Below, piece by piece: positions 60,395-64,000 of a stretch of 64,000 bases of DNA. A program made the translations under genes and the position numbers. The DNA is from the human T2T-CHM13v2.0 reference genome, Homo sapiens: assembly GCF_009914755.1 (NCBI RefSeq), contig NC_060927.1. The stretch is one strand, 5' to 3'. The notes beneath the pieces were generated by a model that had not been told where the DNA came from, did no database searches, and saw only the letters and a list, made by a program, of their open reading frames with translations. Every line of letters starts with the position of its first letter. Within the stretch, counting starts at the first letter, position 1.

Positions 60395-61333
60395 CTTGCC
60401 ACAGCTAAGCAGTAGATTGCGTTCTCCCATGGAGTCTTCCCACTGTGCTCTAAGAAAGATGAGAAGGAGGACTTCAGTAAAAAGTCAGCACTGGGTGTTG
60501 CATAGAAAAACGATGGATGTGAATATCCCACTCTTGAAACTGGAGGGAGGGGGACTTGGGGAAGATATGTGTTTTTTATGAGCTTTTCTTTTTTCCTAGC
60601 TGTGGCAGTAATTTTTTTCTGATTTTGTTGTTGATGTTTTTGTAATTCAGAGAATGAACTTGCATTCACCAGTGGATGAAATTTGAGGGCTTGTTTTCTT
60701 GTGTCCGGCTGTGAAATTGCCAAAGGATTGACAGGTTTGCTGCTTGCAGTTTGTTTGCTGAGAGATGGTAGCTTGAGCACGATGCTTTGTGAGTCGCTGT
60801 TCCCAGCCTTATGCCAGCTCTTGGAGGTCATTTTTGGTTTGGTGAAACCATCCACCATCACAGTGTCTCCAACTTTTGCCCCAAAGACCCTTGCTCCACA
60901 AAACTGGCTTTTATGAAGACTGTGACTCTGAGCTCTGAGGATCCATTGTTTTATTTTAATATAAATCCTCATTGGGACTGAAATTTTTGGAAAAGAAACT
61001 GTGGACCACATTTTACTGAGCAAATATAATACACAGTCTTTATGCTTGTGTTTGAACACAATGGTCAGGGGAGTTTGTCCTGCTGCATTTTTGCATTCCA
61101 GGCACAGCACACTGTAGTTGACAAAGGCCTTCAGAATCAACAGTTGGCCTGCTTCTGCGGCTGCATGAATGGGGCATTTAGAGACATCTGCATGAAGGGC
61201 TTCATGGCACCATGCTCGATAGGGGTGAACACCGACTGCCTCGTGGGGCCGCGCACCCTGCTTCAGGGCCCATTCAGTGAGTTCAATGTACCCACAAAAA
61301 GCAGCAATGTACAGGGCTACCCTTTTCTGATAC
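60395..61333 (-). CDS. ANKUB1: ANKUB1 large coding exon with ankyrin repeats
   Basis: 319-aa ORF with ankyrin motifs (ALYIAAFCG, PIHAAAEAGQ, GQTPLTIV...CVLYLL); acceptor CATTTAG|G; donor AAG|GTAATG; 939 nt. Confidence 0.92.
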
Positions 61334-61789
61334 CTAAATGAGTGAAACAAGTGGGGGAGGGGGTGTTTAGAAAATCAGCAAACAGACAAATGTAGTTACA
61401 CTAAATGCTCATGAAATATTCTAGTTGAATGTTTATTTCTTCTTAACTTTTACCTTAAAATATTTTTAGAAAAGGCATATAGTGACATACAGGTTAAACT
61501 GCACAAGTCCTGCTTATACACATTATCCTACTATGCACGTGTAAATAGTTTCCTTGAAGTGGTCATCTTTCTTATAAAAATTAAATCCTCGAAAAATATC
61601 ATGCATGGGGAAATACAAGGAGCTTTTAAGTCTGATCATGTACATTCTCTGAGCTATTAGATTTTATTTAAAGATGAAGTCAAGTATAGATGGTCAAGCA
61701 CATGAACACTAGAGTTAAATTGTTACAATTCAATACCCAGTTCTGCCCTTGCTATTTGTGTGACATGGGGCAGGTTTTCTTCCTCCATC

Positions 61790-62081
61790 CCCCCTCCCCA
61801 GACAGAGTCTTGCTCTGTTGCTCAGGCTGGAGTGCAGTGATGCAATCTTGGCTCACTGCAACCTCCACCTCCCGAGTTGAAGCAATTATCCTGCCTCAGC
61901 CTCCTCAGTAGTTGGGATTACAGGTGCGAGCCACCACACCTGGCTAATTTTTGTATTTTTTGTAGAAACAGGAGTTTCGCTACGTTGGCCACGCTGGTGT
62001 CGAACTCCTGACCTCAAGTGATCTGCCCACCTTGGCCTCCCAAAGTAATGGGATTACAGGTGTGAACCACTGTGCCCAGCC
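61790..62081 (-). mobile_element. AluS inserted in a MIR
   Basis: Antisense dimer; TSD ACATGGGGCAGGTTTTCT on both sides. Confidence 0.88.
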
Positions 62082-62716
62082 AACATGGGGCAGGTTTTCT
62101 GATCTTAGTTTCCTCATGTGTAAAATAAGATTAAAAAGTGTCCGCCTCATCAAATTGTTACAAGCATAAAATGAGGTAATAAATATAACACAGTGTCTGC
62201 CGTAAAGTATTAAATAAATATACACTATTAAAAGTAACAAAGCAACACAGCTATTTCTTTGGATGCAGAACATGGAAAAAGAAATATCACTACCCCACAA
62301 TAGAAATTAGTATAAAATATTAGAATATTTTATAAAATTGTAAAATCTGCTCTTCTAATCCATCACTTCACAGAGCCTCAGACCTCCTGGTGTGTTGGCT
62401 TCTGCAAAACATGATTAAATCACCCATGAGGGGGCACTTTTCTAAAGTACTATTAAACCTACAGATTAGTGCAATTTATGTATTTGAGAAGCTGATGGCT
62501 GTATTAACACATTAAAATGACCGCCTGCCTCTCTGAACCAACCCTCCTCCTGCCCCAGCTATACCCGTTACACTTTATGTATAGCAAAAGTGTGAATGCT
62601 GGTAATAAATGCAGTTTGAAAAATTACATGTGAGCTTAGGAAGACGTGGCCAATGTTTTCAGCCAATTAACAAGTGTTTTCTTAAAGAATAACTGAATGT
62701 GAAATTGGCAAGATAC

Positions 62717-63058
62717 AGACGTCCTTTGACTTATTATAGAGTTACGTCTTGATAAAAACCATCATACGCTGAAAGTATCATAAGTCTAAAATGCATTTAA
62801 TACACCTAATCTACTGAACATCAAATCTTAGTCTAGCCTACCTTAATTAGCATACAGTTGGGCAAAATCATCTAACACAAAGCCTATATTATAATGTACT
62901 GTTGAATATATCCTATAATTTATTGAATGCTGTACTGAAAATGAAAAAGAATTGTTTTATGGGCACTGGAAGTTTGGTTTCTACTGAATTAATATCACTT
63001 TTACACCATTGTAAGTTGAAAAATCTAAGTTGAACCATCATAAGTTGTGGACTGTCTG
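62717..63058. mobile_element. MER47A-like Tigger MITE
   Basis: TA-CAGACGTCC...GACTTA ... TAAGTTGTGGACTGTCTG-TA termini; internal GGGCAAAATCATCTAACACAAAGCC. Confidence 0.75.
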
Positions 63059-63139
63059 TATTTATTCTGATAGTCTTTAAAAATGTTGCTGAAAGTCTCA
63101 TATCTAAACCAAATCGAAGTCACCCATTTAATCACCATT

Positions 63140-63559
63140 TAATGACCTTTGAACAACATGAGTTTGAACTGTCAGGGTTCAGTTTGGGGATTTTCTTCCA
63201 CCTCTGCCACACCTGAGACAGCAAGACAAACCCCTTCTCCTCTTTCTCCCCCTCAGCCTTATTCAACCTGAAGATTGAAGACCTTTATAATGATCCACAT
63301 CCACTTAATGACTAGGAAATATATTTTCTTTTCCTTATGATTTTCTTAATATTTTCTTTTCTGTAGCTTACTTTATTGTAAGAATATGGTATATAATACA
63401 TATACACAACGTGTTAATTGACTGTGTTATCAGTAAGGCTTCTGGTCAATGGTAGGCTATTAGTAGCTAAGTTTTGGGGAAGTCAAAAGTTATATGGGAA
63501 TTTTCAACTGTATGGGGAGTTGGCATCCCTAACCCCTGCATTGTTCAAAGGTTAATTGT
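63140..63559. mobile_element. Tigger2a-like MITE
   Basis: TGACCTTTGAACAACA ... TTGTTCAAAGGTTAATTG inverted termini; internal CTGAGACAGCAAGAC. Confidence 0.75.
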
Positions 63560-63798
63560 AGTTAGTATTTCCTGAGGAAAGTCTACCTGAATCGCAAGAC
63601 TATCAGTCCTGATGGCATCCCTGCTGTTTTGTTCCAACAAATATGTCAATAATAATATTTGGTTGAGACATACTAAGTGGAACTGGCATAGAGCAGCACC
63701 CCAGCTGTAGAGTGAGTGAATTGCAGGCTCAAGGTATGATGGAAGTTTAGTAAAAATCACAGCACTTGCTAAGTTAATTTAAAATTAATTTCTCATAC

Positions 63799-63913
63799 TT
63801 GAGTACTGGTCCTTCTTTTGATAAGTAGCGTTGGACTTTAAGTTTTTGTCCAAGGAGACAACCCATCAGAAATTCCTTCCATCCATCCCAGACATCCAAG
63901 CGAAGTGTTGTGC
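63799..63913 (-). CDS. ANKUB1: Ankyrin repeat and ubiquitin domain containing 1, internal coding exon
   Basis: Acceptor CTCTTGATCCACAG|GC; encodes (G)[37 protein letters not shown](K); donor AA|GTATGA; phase matches the next exon. Confidence 0.88.
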
Positions 63914-64000
63914 CTGTGGATCAAGAGAGGTGGTTTATGGTTCCAGTCCAGCAGTGTGGTTTGACAATCCATAAAACTTCTAATGGTAGCTTTCCCCAAA

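Overview
Primate, almost certainly human, genomic DNA: it is Alu/L1-dense and carries a human-specific AluYb8. The window holds the complete minus-strand COMMD2 gene (5 coding exons, 199 aa, CpG/ETS promoter near 45.7 kb, long 3' UTR to about 31.7 kb) and the last three coding exons of the minus-strand gene ANKUB1 (C3orf16). From recalled knowledge this is human 3q25.1, with WWTR1 to the left. Between the two genes lies a 5'-truncated, internally deleted HERV-W processed pseudogene inserted into an old L1. The first 30 kb is non-coding and repeat-rich (a 2-kb MER52-like solo LTR, L1M, Alus, DNA transposon fossils). Nearly all listed ORFs outside the exons and the HERV-W pol remnant are repeat-derived noise. 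I see no convincing new multi-gene system. The best leads are: a tailless tRNA-Lys(CTT) 5'-half retrocopy with a target-site duplication lying antisense in the COMMD2 3' UTR; a pure (CTG)16 just downstream of an ANKUB1 stop/donor overlap; a HERV-W U3-R promoter with a degraded poly(A) signal pointing at COMMD2; an in-frame, stop-free COMMD2 intron 1; and several palindromic templated-insertion scars. Repeat subfamily names come from recalled consensus sequences, and most repeat boundaries are approximate.
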